A DNA stretch of 64,000 nucleotides from Patescibacteria group bacterium (GCA_038056395.1 JBBUFS010000003.1:4344-68343); one strand, 5' to 3'; shown: positions 43,445 to 52,052, numbered from the stretch's first letter. The notes: generated by a model not told the origin, from the letters alone. Numbers and translations are program-made.

Positions 43445-43503
43445 TATATTAGACGCTGGTTTGTCCCGCCGTAACTTTAGCGAAGGAGGAGCGTTTAGTA
43501 TAG
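43445..43503 (+). repeat. Hairpin repeat (copy 1) with a family-B-like insert in its loop; likely trxB terminator
   Basis: TATATTAGACGCT ... AGCGTTTAGTATA pair with two G-U wobbles on the plus strand only. Loop carries GTCCCGCCGTAACTTTAGCGAAGGAGGA. Confidence 0.6.
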
Positions 43504-43530
43504 AATTTTTAAATTTTTGTTGCATTATTT

Positions 43531-44046
43531 TCATTTTGCCGGAGTGCCAAACATTTGAACCACAAAGACGGCTTGACGGCCTTTATAGATGCCGGTGGAA
43601 GTGGCAATGCCTATTTCGGTATATTTTGGATTCATAATATTTAAAAAGTGGCCGCGAGAATTCATCCAAGCAGTTTCTATGTCTTCACTGTTTTCAAAAT
43701 TGACGGCCAAATTTTCTCCGGCATAAACATATTTGTAGCCGGCTTGATCAAGCCAATACCAAGGATTTTTGCCATCTGGAGTATTGTGAGCAAAATAACT
43801 CTTGGCCGCCATATCATCGGCTTTCATCTGAGCCGCTTTTTCAAGAAACGGATTTACTTTTAATTCTGAAATATTCGCGGCCGCCCTGTTTTGGTTTGTC
43901 AGAGCAACCAGCACGCTCGCATAAATCGCCGAGAGTGAATCAATAACCCCGATTCGCAAACCAGGCACAATTCCAATTAAAACAACCAAAATCACCAAAC
44001 AAATAATAGCGATTTTTAATTTCATAATTTCTTTAATCCCCTTCAT
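43531..44046 (-). CDS. Membrane-anchored CAP/SCP/PR-1-like domain protein
   Basis: 171 aa; YFAHNTPDGKNPW...GENLA...GHFLNIM. Confidence 0.75.
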   Translation of the reverse strand: MKGIKEIMKLKIAIICLVILVVLIGIVPGLRIGVIDSLSAIYASVLVALTNQNRAAANISELKVNPFLEKAAQMKADDMAAKSYFAHNTPDGKNPWYWLDQAGYKYVYAGENLAVNFENSEDIETAWMNSRGHFLNIMNPKYTEIGIATSTGIYKGRQAVFVVQMFGTPAK

Positions 44047-45130
44047 TCCTTGATTTTATAACAAATCTCCAAAAAATGTAAGCGATTAAAAGTATAATAA
44101 GGATCCAAAGCCACCACGAGAACAAACTGTTCCAGCCACCGGAAAATGCGGCGGCTAAATTGTTTTCGTTAGAAGTTGACGCTACGCTGCCACTTTCTGA
44201 GACAGCTCCATTATTATCAGAACTGGCTCCAAGTATTTCTCCCCAAGAAAATCCCAAAGGAGCCGACTTCGTCAAAGGATTCGTTGTACCAATGTCAGAA
44301 ATAGGCACCGTAAACTCATGTTCATAACTTATAGTTGGCGGTGAAGCGCGGGATACCACTCTGTAGACATAAGTTTCGCCCGGTAGAAGACCGGTCAGCA
44401 AAACAGAATGGTTTATTACCTTTATTAAGCCCTCCGGCGTAATGGATGGATAGCCGAATTTTGGCAATGTCAAATCCAAAGTGTATGGGCCGCCAGATGC
44501 AAGGCCGTAAATAACTTGGGAAGTAGCTGGTTTATTTGTCTCCCAGTGGACGATGACCTCCGTTGTTTGCGGAAGCGGAACTTCGTTTCTCTCGTTATAA
44601 ATCATTAGATGCGAGCCGCCTGAACTGCCCCCCGAAGTGCCGCCTCCAGTGCCGCGTTCAGGAGTTATAACAATGTCGTTGGTGCAATGCTGGCCGCCTC
44701 CGGAAAATCCGACGCAAACATCAAACTTGAGAGTCTTGCCTTGATAATTGTCGTTGGCATTTTCCAAAAAAGTTATTTTTAAATTATATGTTTTGGAACC
44801 GTCCGTTCCGATTGAAGAAAGAGGTACCGGACCGGCATTTAAAAAAGCTTCAAAATTGTTATTGTAAATTTCTGTTGAGCCATCAAGTATTCTTAAATTC
44901 ATTTGACTGGCTAAATTGCCGTTATTTGAAATATTGACTGCTTCCACATAAGCATTTCGTATAACCGTATCGCTGTTTCCAACGGTAATATTCGCCTCTT
45001 TACTATCTCCCGGCACAAAATTTAAGGCTTCAAACAGAGGATTTGGACTAAAAATTACCGAGAGGGGCGGATTAGCCGCAAAAGCCGAGAAAGGAAGTAA
45101 AAATAAAATTGGAATTATAAATTTTTTCAT
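44033..45130 (-). CDS. Surface protein: signal peptide, TasA/camelysin-like N-domain, Gly linker, FN3 domain, C-terminal TM anchor
   Basis: 365 aa; ...NYQGKTLKFDVCVGF (TasA-like C-motif), GTGGGTSGGSSGGS, VIVHWETNKPATSQVIYG...GETYVYRV, WWLWILIILLIAYIFW. Confidence 0.55.
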   Translation of the reverse strand: MKKFIIPILFLLPFSAFAANPPLSVIFSPNPLFEALNFVPGDSKEANITVGNSDTVIRNAYVEAVNISNNGNLASQMNLRILDGSTEIYNNNFEAFLNAGPVPLSSIGTDGSKTYNLKITFLENANDNYQGKTLKFDVCVGFSGGGQHCTNDIVITPERGTGGGTSGGSSGGSHLMIYNERNEVPLPQTTEVIVHWETNKPATSQVIYGLASGGPYTLDLTLPKFGYPSITPEGLIKVINHSVLLTGLLPGETYVYRVVSRASPPTISYEHEFTVPISDIGTTNPLTKSAPLGFSWGEILGASSDNNGAVSESGSVASTSNENNLAAAFSGGWNSLFSWWLWILIILLIAYIFWRFVIKSRNEGD

Positions 45131-46458
45131 ATTGTTTCTGGTTCTATAATTACTGGTGTTTCAATAATTGATTCTGGAATTGGTTCGTCCACGACCTCTG
45201 AAATTATTTCTGGCTCAGGCGGTATTATGACTGGTTCTGCTATTTCTGGTGTTATACTGGCTGTTTCTGCAATAATTTCCGGTGTTGTTGTAGCTACTAA
45301 ATCACCAATTATATTTTCAGTACTTGTAGCGATTGGTTCTGTGCTAGTGGATGTTTCTACAACTAAAATATCTAACGCTACCTCACTGCTACTGCCTCCT
45401 AAAATTTCTTCCGCTTTATTCGGCCCGCCCGGTGTCGGAATCGGGTCAACCCAAGCGCCTGTGCCGTCTGGAATTCTAGCAAAAGATTTATTTATTGGCA
45501 CACCAGAGGAAGCATAAGAATAAAAATCTTGCTGTACTCCACTGCTATTAAAAAGTGTTATTGTTTCAGTGCCAGAATTATTTAAGAATTCTTTATTCAT
45601 ATAAACCACTAGCCAGCCCTTAGGCGCGATTATTGTGCTTGATGCGTGTATGGAAAAATCATATGTATTATTTAATAAAATATCTACTTTTCCTGTCGCG
45701 CTGGCATCTCTTATATACCAGCTACTTAAATCAAAACTGTTTGTCGAGCTGTTATTGTAAAGCTCAACCCATTCTCCATCTGGCGCATCTGCAGAATCAT
45801 TTCCAATCGGATTAGGCAAAAATTCATTTAAAACCACATCCGGCACAATCGGCACAGTTGGTGCTGTTCCAATTTGGATTGAACCGTCTATCTCGGCCAC
45901 ATCGCTAAAACCTTGCAAACTGTTTGGCAAATTTGTTTGCCAAGCTATGTAAGATATTTTGAAATTGCATATTTTGCCTAAATCAGCAGATGGAATAGAA
46001 TCAGTCGCCGTAAAAGTAAAATCCCATTGGACGGGACCAATCGGCGCGCTGGCAAAAGAAATAAAATTTTTCAGGGGCGAAGAAATAATTTGAGGAGAAC
46101 TTGAGGCAGATATTGCAATGTAATCGCAGGCGGTCTGGTCGGTGTCCAAAATTGTTGAGCTGGCAAAATATTGGTAGTTCAAATTTGCCGGATTTGATTT
46201 TGATAATGTAATCGTAGTTGTTGTGGCATTACCAGAATTAACTATGCCAGAGATATTTCTGCCGGAAATATTAATATCTAAAATGCCGGCTGAAAAATTA
46301 TTGCCAATCGAGTTTTCGATATCATTAAAATAAGCGTTGGTGGAATAAACATTGAAAGTCAGTATTCCTATTATTAAAAGCGCAGCTGGCGCAAATTTAA
46401 ACAGCGTTTTTTCAAATTTCTTAAATATCTTTTTCCTTTTTCTTCTGGTGCTAAACAT
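45127..46458 (-). CDS. SipW-type signal-peptide protein with lamin-tail domain (LTD) and acidic P/E/I-rich tail
   Basis: 443 aa; STNAYFNDIENSIGNNFSAGILDI (TasA-class signal region), VVLNEFLPNPIGND...GEWVELYN (LTD). Confidence 0.65.
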   Translation of the reverse strand: MFSTRRKRKKIFKKFEKTLFKFAPAALLIIGILTFNVYSTNAYFNDIENSIGNNFSAGILDINISGRNISGIVNSGNATTTTITLSKSNPANLNYQYFASSTILDTDQTACDYIAISASSSPQIISSPLKNFISFASAPIGPVQWDFTFTATDSIPSADLGKICNFKISYIAWQTNLPNSLQGFSDVAEIDGSIQIGTAPTVPIVPDVVLNEFLPNPIGNDSADAPDGEWVELYNNSSTNSFDLSSWYIRDASATGKVDILLNNTYDFSIHASSTIIAPKGWLVVYMNKEFLNNSGTETITLFNSSGVQQDFYSYASSGVPINKSFARIPDGTGAWVDPIPTPGGPNKAEEILGGSSSEVALDILVVETSTSTEPIATSTENIIGDLVATTTPEIIAETASITPEIAEPVIIPPEPEIISEVVDEPIPESIIETPVIIEPETI

Positions 46459-46987
46459 TTCCTTCTAAATTATTTGAAATTTTGGAATTTTTTATCTTCT
46501 TGACTTCTTTCATTATTTTCTTAACTTCATCATAAACAATATAAAGAGCTGGTAAAACAATGATCAAAATTAAACCGAGCGGTTTTCTGACAAAATCAAC
46601 CGCATACCCAGCAAGAGGCACGGAAATATAAACTTTACCAATAATATCTCTTACCGCGACCTCCTTCATGTCCTCGGCATTGTTAGCGTCGCCTTTGGTC
46701 TTATAAATTGTCTGGCCTTCCTGGACGCGAATCTCCGCAATGCGGTGAGTGGTCGGTATTTGAGTTTTTGTATTTAGACCGAAAGTTACAATGTCGCCGA
46801 TTTTATAATTTGCGGTCGGCTTCACCAGTACCAAACTCCCCGTATGTATGCTCGGCTCCATTGAGCCGGAGAGCACCGTCAAAACCTTTATGCCAGTAAC
46901 GGGAAAAATAAAAACGATGAGCAGTATGGCAACAGCAAAAATAAAAGCAAGAACTACATAATAAATTATTTTTGATAATTTTTTCAT
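46451..46987 (-). CDS. sipW: Signal peptidase I, archaeal/ER-type (SipW-like)
   Basis: VLSGSMEPSIHTGSLVLV, PTTHRI, YKTKGDANN, PLAGY, C-terminal TM; matches the SipW pattern. Confidence 0.85.
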   Translation of the reverse strand: MKKLSKIIYYVVLAFIFAVAILLIVFIFPVTGIKVLTVLSGSMEPSIHTGSLVLVKPTANYKIGDIVTFGLNTKTQIPTTHRIAEIRVQEGQTIYKTKGDANNAEDMKEVAVRDIIGKVYISVPLAGYAVDFVRKPLGLILIIVLPALYIVYDEVKKIMKEVKKIKNSKISNNLEGNV

Positions 46988-47007
46988 ACTTTTTCAAGCC
47001 TCACTCT

Positions 47008-47039
47008 CCCTCCTCACTTTTTAATAAAAGTGGGGAGGG
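47008..47039. repeat. 14-bp GC-rich hairpin between the fibre-subunit gene and sipW
   Basis: CCCTCCTCACTTTTtaatAAAAGTGGGGAGGG; related to the CCCCTC..GAGGGG hairpins. Confidence 0.65.
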
Positions 47040-47075
47040 GTTAGAAGCTTCAAAATCTATAACTGATTTATCCGG

Positions 47076-48092
47076 TTATGATTTGTAGTAGTCAATCAAT
47101 CCAGTGTCAAACAGATAATTCGCGCCATTCCAAGCGTGAAATGTGGCAGTGCCAGCATCCAAATCTGAACTTGGGACAAGCCATACTTTCATGTTTGTGA
47201 ATGTATTAGGGTCGGTTACAACCTGAGTAAAGCCCGTAATGTTGTTACTCCCATCAACCGTAACATTTGCTAAGACAACACCAGTTCCTGGCCATCCGGC
47301 ACCGGAAGGGGTTGAGAATAATTCAGGATAAGTAATCAAAGAATGAGGTCCTGCAACTACTGTTTTTCCTGTTAAGCTATTAATCTTGAGAATAGAATCT
47401 TTTACTCCGTAAGTAAAGGTTACTTGTGGAGCCGTATCGCTTCTCACTCTCCAAGGAGCCACTTGGTCTTTATCTTCCAAAACCGCCGTGCCTGTCAACT
47501 GTTCACCAGTCAAAGTGATATCGAAAGTCATCTTATCGCTTTGAGCCCAATTTCCAGTCTCAGCAATCATGTGATAACTCTCTGTTACATCCATACTCCA
47601 TCCGGCTGGAATCATGCCCAAAAATGTGCCGTTGCCATTGATTTGGTTAATGGTTTTGTTTAGATTATAAAGAGTTTGATTCCACTGTGCTACACCTTGT
47701 CCATTCTTTAATACGACAGACAAGTCATACTGGATAGTTGTATCAATAGCATTTTGTAGCTCTACTGGAAGTTGATTGGTTTCGTAATAATTTATTTCTG
47801 GGTCATTTGTTCCATTTTCTTCGGTCACAATATTGTCAACTTTTTTCCACACATTTACAGGATTGGTTCCTGAGTTATGGATTGTAAAGTTAGAGTAAGC
47901 AACTTGGCTAGGCTTCATATCAGTTAAAGCAAATGGGGCCGTTTCTTCAAAGCTGGAGGTTATATCAATTGTCCCGGCTGTGAAAGTGTTTCCAGTTGAA
48001 GTTTCTGTATCGGAAAAAAAAGCCCCCGTAGCGCCTAAAACTAAGGCGCCAACGACAGCCAATACTCCGACACTTCCTAATATTTTTTTCAT
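47076..48092 (-). CDS. TasA/camelysin-like putative fibre subunit with SipW-cognate signal peptide
   Basis: 338 aa; MKKILGSVGVLAVVGALVLGATGAFFSDTETSTGNTFTAGTIDI. Confidence 0.75.
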   Translation of the reverse strand: MKKILGSVGVLAVVGALVLGATGAFFSDTETSTGNTFTAGTIDITSSFEETAPFALTDMKPSQVAYSNFTIHNSGTNPVNVWKKVDNIVTEENGTNDPEINYYETNQLPVELQNAIDTTIQYDLSVVLKNGQGVAQWNQTLYNLNKTINQINGNGTFLGMIPAGWSMDVTESYHMIAETGNWAQSDKMTFDITLTGEQLTGTAVLEDKDQVAPWRVRSDTAPQVTFTYGVKDSILKINSLTGKTVVAGPHSLITYPELFSTPSGAGWPGTGVVLANVTVDGSNNITGFTQVVTDPNTFTNMKVWLVPSSDLDAGTATFHAWNGANYLFDTGLIDYYKS

Positions 48093-48396
48093 ATTTAATT
48101 TAAATTTATAATTAATAATTAAAGAACAAATTTTTATCTCGCGCCAGATTTAACCGACCGTCAATATTGGCGCAAGGTTCAGTATCTTAATAATAATGCC
48201 GTTCCTCAGTAATTTAGATTACTAGCACTAATTTTAAAATGCAAAACAATTATCCCCAATTAATCCCCATTATCAAAAATGACTTTTAGACGGCTATTTC
48301 AGCTTTAAACAACAACTCAAATAGAAAAGGACAAAATTACTATTTTTTAGCATTGTCCTTTTGTTTAAGAACTACACAATATATCAAAATAAAATC

Positions 48397-48424
48397 TATA
48401 TTAGACGCTCAGCGTTTAGTATAG
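48397..48424 (+). repeat. Hairpin repeat (copy 2, without loop insert)
   Basis: TATATTAGACGCTcAGCGTTTAGTATAG; same arms as 43445-43503. Confidence 0.6.
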
Positions 48425-48497
48425 TATTTTTATAAAAATATTGTTTAATTTTATTTAATAAATTGATGTTAGGGAAAAAATTTGATAAATTTATAAG

Positions 48498-48571
48498 GCG
48501 CGGTTAGCTCAGTTGGTTAGAGCGCGTCTTTGACGTAGACGAGGCCGTGAGTTCAAATCTCTCACCGCGCA
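48498..48571 (+). tRNA. tRNA-Val (anticodon GAC)
   Basis: GCGCGGT TA GCTCAGTTGGTTAGAGC G CGTCTTTGACGTAGACG AGGCC GTGAGTTCAAATCTCTC ACCGCGC A; folded manually, one T-T mismatch in the T stem. Confidence 0.88.
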
Positions 48572-48572
48572 C

Positions 48573-49766
48573 ATGAAAAAGTTTTTTGTCGCAGGAATGA
48601 TGTTGATTTTTAGTGTGGCGGTTTTAGTTTTTGTTTTAAGAGGTAATGAGACGCCAGTTCCCCACCGCAATTTTATAGACGCGCAGATATCCCAGTATTC
48701 CGACAAAAATATTACCCCAAATGCGATTGCGATTAATCCAGAATTCAAAAATATTGTTTTTGACGCAAGTTCGAAGCCATCACTCTTTTCAAATCAACCC
48801 CTCAATTTTACTCGGGACAAGCTCGCCACAGTAATTAGAGCCATCAAATCTTTTACTTCGCCGGCAAAAAAAGAGGAGATAAAAACAAAAGAATACGGAA
48901 CATGGATTTGGACGCCTATTATGCAGATGACGCCCGAATATATGGAATCAATACTTTCCGGCGCAGAAGCGGATGGGGTGAACGCCATATATGTCTCCAT
49001 TGATACTTATCTGGATATTTTCGTGATGGAAAAAGGACAAGAAAGAGAAAAACAAAAAGAAGCATTCTCAGATAAACTGGAAGATTTTATAATTCGCGCC
49101 AACGAAAATGGCATAGCTGTGGATGCTGAAGCCGGCTGGCGCAATTGGGCAGAAGAAGGCAATGAATACAAAGCCTTTGCAGTGGCAAATTTTGTTAAAA
49201 ATTTCAACGCCGAACATAAAAATAAATTTCGGGGCTTTCAATATGATGTGGAACCGTATCTTTTGGATTCTTATGCAGAAAATAAAGCTTCTGTCTTAAA
49301 AAATTTTGTTAAATTGGTGGACCAAACAGAAAACTTTTTGAAAGAAAACGAGCTTAAATTTTCAGTGGTAGCGCCTGATTTTTATGACGGTCAAGACGCT
49401 CTCACCCCCAAATTTTCATACAATAGAAAAAAAGATTTTGCTTTTGGGCATTTATTAAATATTTTAGATAGAAGGCCGGACAGCTCAATTATTATAATGT
49501 CATACAGAAATTTTTCCGACGGATATGATGGCGCTATAGCTGTATCAAAAAATGAAATGCAGACGGCAAATGACGGAGTCCATAAAACCAAAATAATCAT
49601 TGCCCAGGAAACAGGCGATGTACCGCCACCGTACATCACTTTCCATAACACTTCCAAAAAATACTTTTCCAGGCAAATAGAAAAAATCAACGCCACTTTT
49701 AATTCCCATCCCAACTTCGGCGGTATCGCTATCCACTATGTAAATGCCTTTTTAGCGATGAGATAA
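48573..49766 (+). CDS. Membrane-anchored hypothetical protein, possibly glycoside-hydrolase-like TIM barrel
   Basis: 397 aa; MKKFFVAGMMLIFSVAVLVF anchor; YGTWIWTP...GVNAIYVSIDTYLD pattern. The ATG lies 2 nt after tRNA-Val. Confidence 0.55.
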   Translation: MKKFFVAGMMLIFSVAVLVFVLRGNETPVPHRNFIDAQISQYSDKNITPNAIAINPEFKNIVFDASSKPSLFSNQPLNFTRDKLATVIRAIKSFTSPAKKEEIKTKEYGTWIWTPIMQMTPEYMESILSGAEADGVNAIYVSIDTYLDIFVMEKGQEREKQKEAFSDKLEDFIIRANENGIAVDAEAGWRNWAEEGNEYKAFAVANFVKNFNAEHKNKFRGFQYDVEPYLLDSYAENKASVLKNFVKLVDQTENFLKENELKFSVVAPDFYDGQDALTPKFSYNRKKDFAFGHLLNILDRRPDSSIIIMSYRNFSDGYDGAIAVSKNEMQTANDGVHKTKIIIAQETGDVPPPYITFHNTSKKYFSRQIEKINATFNSHPNFGGIAIHYVNAFLAMR

Positions 49767-49835
49767 ATTATTAAAAAAGTCAAACTTGATTTTTTGGCGC
49801 ATTAGTGCAAATATATCTCCGGAAGGAGTGTTGTC

Positions 49836-50411
49836 TTGAAAAGAACATTTGTTGTTCCAGAGAGTTTGGCAATTATTGCCAAAGAAGTTGTTGTCGCAGT
49901 AATAACCTCTATTCCCAATGGTTGGGCAGTCTTGCGGGGATGTTTGCATGCTCCCAAGAAAATGCTTGACTCAGGAGAGGCCTTGATGTCAACAAAGCTC
50001 GTTTTTGATTCGTCAATCGCGCAAATGATTGCGAAAACAAAAACCGACCAGGTGGCAGACATTTTTGGGGTTCTGATTGAAGGCAAGAAACCAGAATCCA
50101 TAGAATTTGGTCGAAACTTTGGATATTGTGAAGTCATGCCTATGAGGCAATCCAAACTTATGGCGGCTTACTTTATTCAACTCGGCTATCGCGGCCGCCT
50201 GACTTTCAGATGGCGAGACCAAGAAGGCGGGGAAGATGTCCATTTTGGATGCATGATCTGGCTACCATCCGATAAACCAGATATCGCGCCAATCTTTAAG
50301 ATTGAAAGCAATTGCGAGGACTACCCAGATAGTGGCGGAACTGTTGCCCCCACCATAAAGATTTGTGAAGAAATGAGGCTTTCCGAGAAAGAACCTGAAG
50401 TAGTAAAGTAG
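49836..50411 (+). CDS. GC-rich orphan protein, 191 aa
   Basis: TTG start with GGAAGGAG 8 nt upstream; own terminator; no motif recognised. Confidence 0.6.
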   Translation: MKRTFVVPESLAIIAKEVVVAVITSIPNGWAVLRGCLHAPKKMLDSGEALMSTKLVFDSSIAQMIAKTKTDQVADIFGVLIEGKKPESIEFGRNFGYCEVMPMRQSKLMAAYFIQLGYRGRLTFRWRDQEGGEDVHFGCMIWLPSDKPDIAPIFKIESNCEDYPDSGGTVAPTIKICEEMRLSEKEPEVVK

Positions 50412-50422
50412 TTGGGTCATCG

Positions 50423-50461
50423 CTCGCCGGCAAGACAAGATCTTGCTCGGCGAGTTTTTTT
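50423..50461 (+). terminator. Rho-independent terminator
   Basis: CTCGCCGGCAAGA-loop-TCTTGCtCGGCGAG followed by TTTTTTT. Confidence 0.75.
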
Positions 50462-50630
50462 ATGGAAGATGTCAAAGGGCATCTTTGACATTTGACTAAC
50501 TTAAATTATTGTGGCGGAGACGATTGCCGGAACTTTGAACCGAAACTACGGCTCAACTATAGCAATATTGATAGGATTATACGAAAATTGAGGAGGTTTT
50601 ACCAAGAAAAGCCCGAACTATTCGAGGTAC

Positions 50631-50807
50631 CTACTTTTGCTCAGAAGGTTTACTGATTGCATCCAGAATCTGCTCAACCTGGTCATTAGTAACTTTAGAG
50701 CCTGGAAGACGAAGTGATGAACCGGTAGAAGCGACAAGAGTCGCGCGGCGAAGCTCTGCCAAACGCTCTGGCGAGATACTCAAATGCTTTTTGTTTTGCT
50801 TTGCCAT
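50631..50807 (-). CDS. Small hypothetical protein (58 aa)
   Basis: MAKQNKKHLSISPERLAELRRATLVASTGSSLRLPGSKVTNDQVEQILDAISKPSEQK. The ATG lies 6 nt after the Nudix-remnant stop. Below the ORF-track cutoff. Confidence 0.3.
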   Translation of the reverse strand: MAKQNKKHLSISPERLAELRRATLVASTGSSLRLPGSKVTNDQVEQILDAISKPSEQK

Positions 50808-50813
50808 ACTTGC

Positions 50814-51083
50814 TTAGTTCAGTTTACCTTCTTTAAGTAATTCAATGGTCGACTTTCCTGTTTGAATTTTTAATGTTACCTCATTTGGGGTTGCAAGAAA
50901 ATCCCTGATTCGTTCGACCTGTTTCGGGACAGTATTGGCTGGAAGTTTGCCTACCTCAAAATATTCAATTTGATCTGCCTCGTCATTAAACGTGATTTGC
51001 CCACTTGTTATTTTACACACAAAAGAGAAAACCATATCATCCTTACCCGATTTACTGTAGACACCTGCCAGTTTATTGAGATT
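50814..51083 (-). pseudogene. C-terminal remnant of a Nudix hydrolase gene (Nudix box missing)
   Basis: Open frame LNKLAGVYSKSGKDDMVFSFVCKITSGQITFNDEADQIEYFEVGKLP matches the post-Nudix-box region only. The frame is cut by a stop at 51084-51086, next to the GIY-YIG cassette. Confidence 0.55.
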
Positions 51084-51102
51084 TCATTTAGTTCGAATCC
51101 CT

Positions 51103-51351
51103 TTAGGGTTCACCCATTTTAGCAAAATGCTTGTTGACAAATGCTCGACCCGACCCAGATTTTAAATACTTTTCAAATTCAAATGCTTTGTATTTATCTT
51201 CGGTTGCAAAATAGAACTCTAGAGTTATTGGTAAACTGTTAGCTGTTGCGGGTACGTTACCTTTCGTATGCCTATCTAAACGATCGGCAATGTTGTCGGT
51301 ACAACCGATATAATACCCATCTTTACATTTTAGAGAATATACATAGTGCAT
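51103..51351 (-). CDS. GIY-YIG nuclease family protein (82 aa, stand-alone)
   Basis: MHYVYSLKCKDGYYIGCTDNIADRLDRH...; GIY-YIG motifs YVY..YIG, R, E. Confidence 0.8.
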   Translation of the reverse strand: MHYVYSLKCKDGYYIGCTDNIADRLDRHTKGNVPATANSLPITLEFYFATEDKYKAFEFEKYLKSGSGRAFVNKHFAKMGEP

Positions 51352-51361
51352 GTTGGCTCAG

Positions 51362-51428
51362 GTCGCCTTCGCGTCCCTTCAGCGGACTTCGTCACGCCGA
51401 AGGTCCGCTACTGCGGACCGAAGGCGGT
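51362..51428. repeat. GC-rich multi-hairpin element (family F, CGCCTTCGCG type) upstream of the GIY-YIG gene
   Basis: GCCTTCG (51365-51371) pairs with CGAAGGC (51419-51425). Inner hairpin GGTCCGCtactGCGGACC at 51402-51419. Confidence 0.6.
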
Positions 51429-51576
51429 GTCTTGGCGATTCAAACTTTAGGGTTGAATCGTTGCAAGGGTATTTTAGCAAATTTTTTGGCTAGCACGTTG
51501 AGGCCTTCGGGTCACAATATTATTTAATGGACAAAAACTGTTTTCTTTGTTATTTTTCTGTTCGGAGGTAGTAGTT

Positions 51577-52038
51577 ATGCAGTTTTATGCGGCTTACCAA
51601 GGCAACATCAGTCCAGAAGATATGCAGATGTTTGCCGAGATTTCAGAGATACTTCGTTGTCTCCCTGATTTGACTTTCGATCTTGACGATCCAGAATGGA
51701 GAAATTGCAAAAATCAAATCTCGTGCCATCTGATTTCCCGCGCACTAGCAAGACATTTTGATGTCTCTGTCTGTGACGGATATTTTACACCAGGCTGCCA
51801 GCACAGCTGGCTGAAAACCAAAGGAGGATCAAGCATTATTGATGCTTATCCCGTGGCTGGAGCGGCTCCATTTATTGTGTCAGCCAAGTGGCCATCTCCT
51901 TGGGCCAAGTTGTACCAGGAATCAACCAGATTCCAAGAAAAATTTCAGACTCCCGAATTTGCTTCCCGTCTCGAACAGACTGTTCGTTCTGTTGCAGAAA
52001 TAATACAGCAACCGGATTCTAAGCCGCCATCTTCGTGA
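51577..52038 (+). CDS. GC-rich orphan protein, possibly transglutaminase/papain-like Cys-His-Asp fold
   Basis: ATG 51577 with GGAGG 7 nt upstream. ISCHLISRALARHF ... GCQHSWLKT ... SIIDAYP ordering resembles a TGase-like catalytic triad; tentative. Confidence 0.55.
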   Translation: MQFYAAYQGNISPEDMQMFAEISEILRCLPDLTFDLDDPEWRNCKNQISCHLISRALARHFDVSVCDGYFTPGCQHSWLKTKGGSSIIDAYPVAGAAPFIVSAKWPSPWAKLYQESTRFQEKFQTPEFASRLEQTVRSVAEIIQQPDSKPPSS

Positions 52039-52052
52039 GGCGGCTTTGTTTT
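52021..52052 (+). terminator. Rho-independent terminator with the stop codon in the loop
   Basis: AAGCCGCCatcttcgtgaGGCGGCTTtgtttt. Confidence 0.7.

Noticed and set aside
48141-48364. Hairpins and TTATCCCCA/TAATCCCCA direct repeat upstream of the fibre-subunit gene as a defined regulatory element
   Set aside because: I saw GCGCCA..TGGCGC (about 48141-48175), AAAAGGACAA..TTGTCCTTTT (about 48325-48364) and two T(T/A)ATCCCCA motifs. I have no basis to assign a function. They are mentioned only as candidates for the operon's control region.
51084-51459. GIY-YIG ORF as part of a group I intron splitting the Nudix gene
   Set aside because: No upstream exon encoding the Nudix box was found in any frame of 51352-51546. 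No P7/P3-like conserved core was recognised. The plus-strand gene's promoter and RBS occupy that space.
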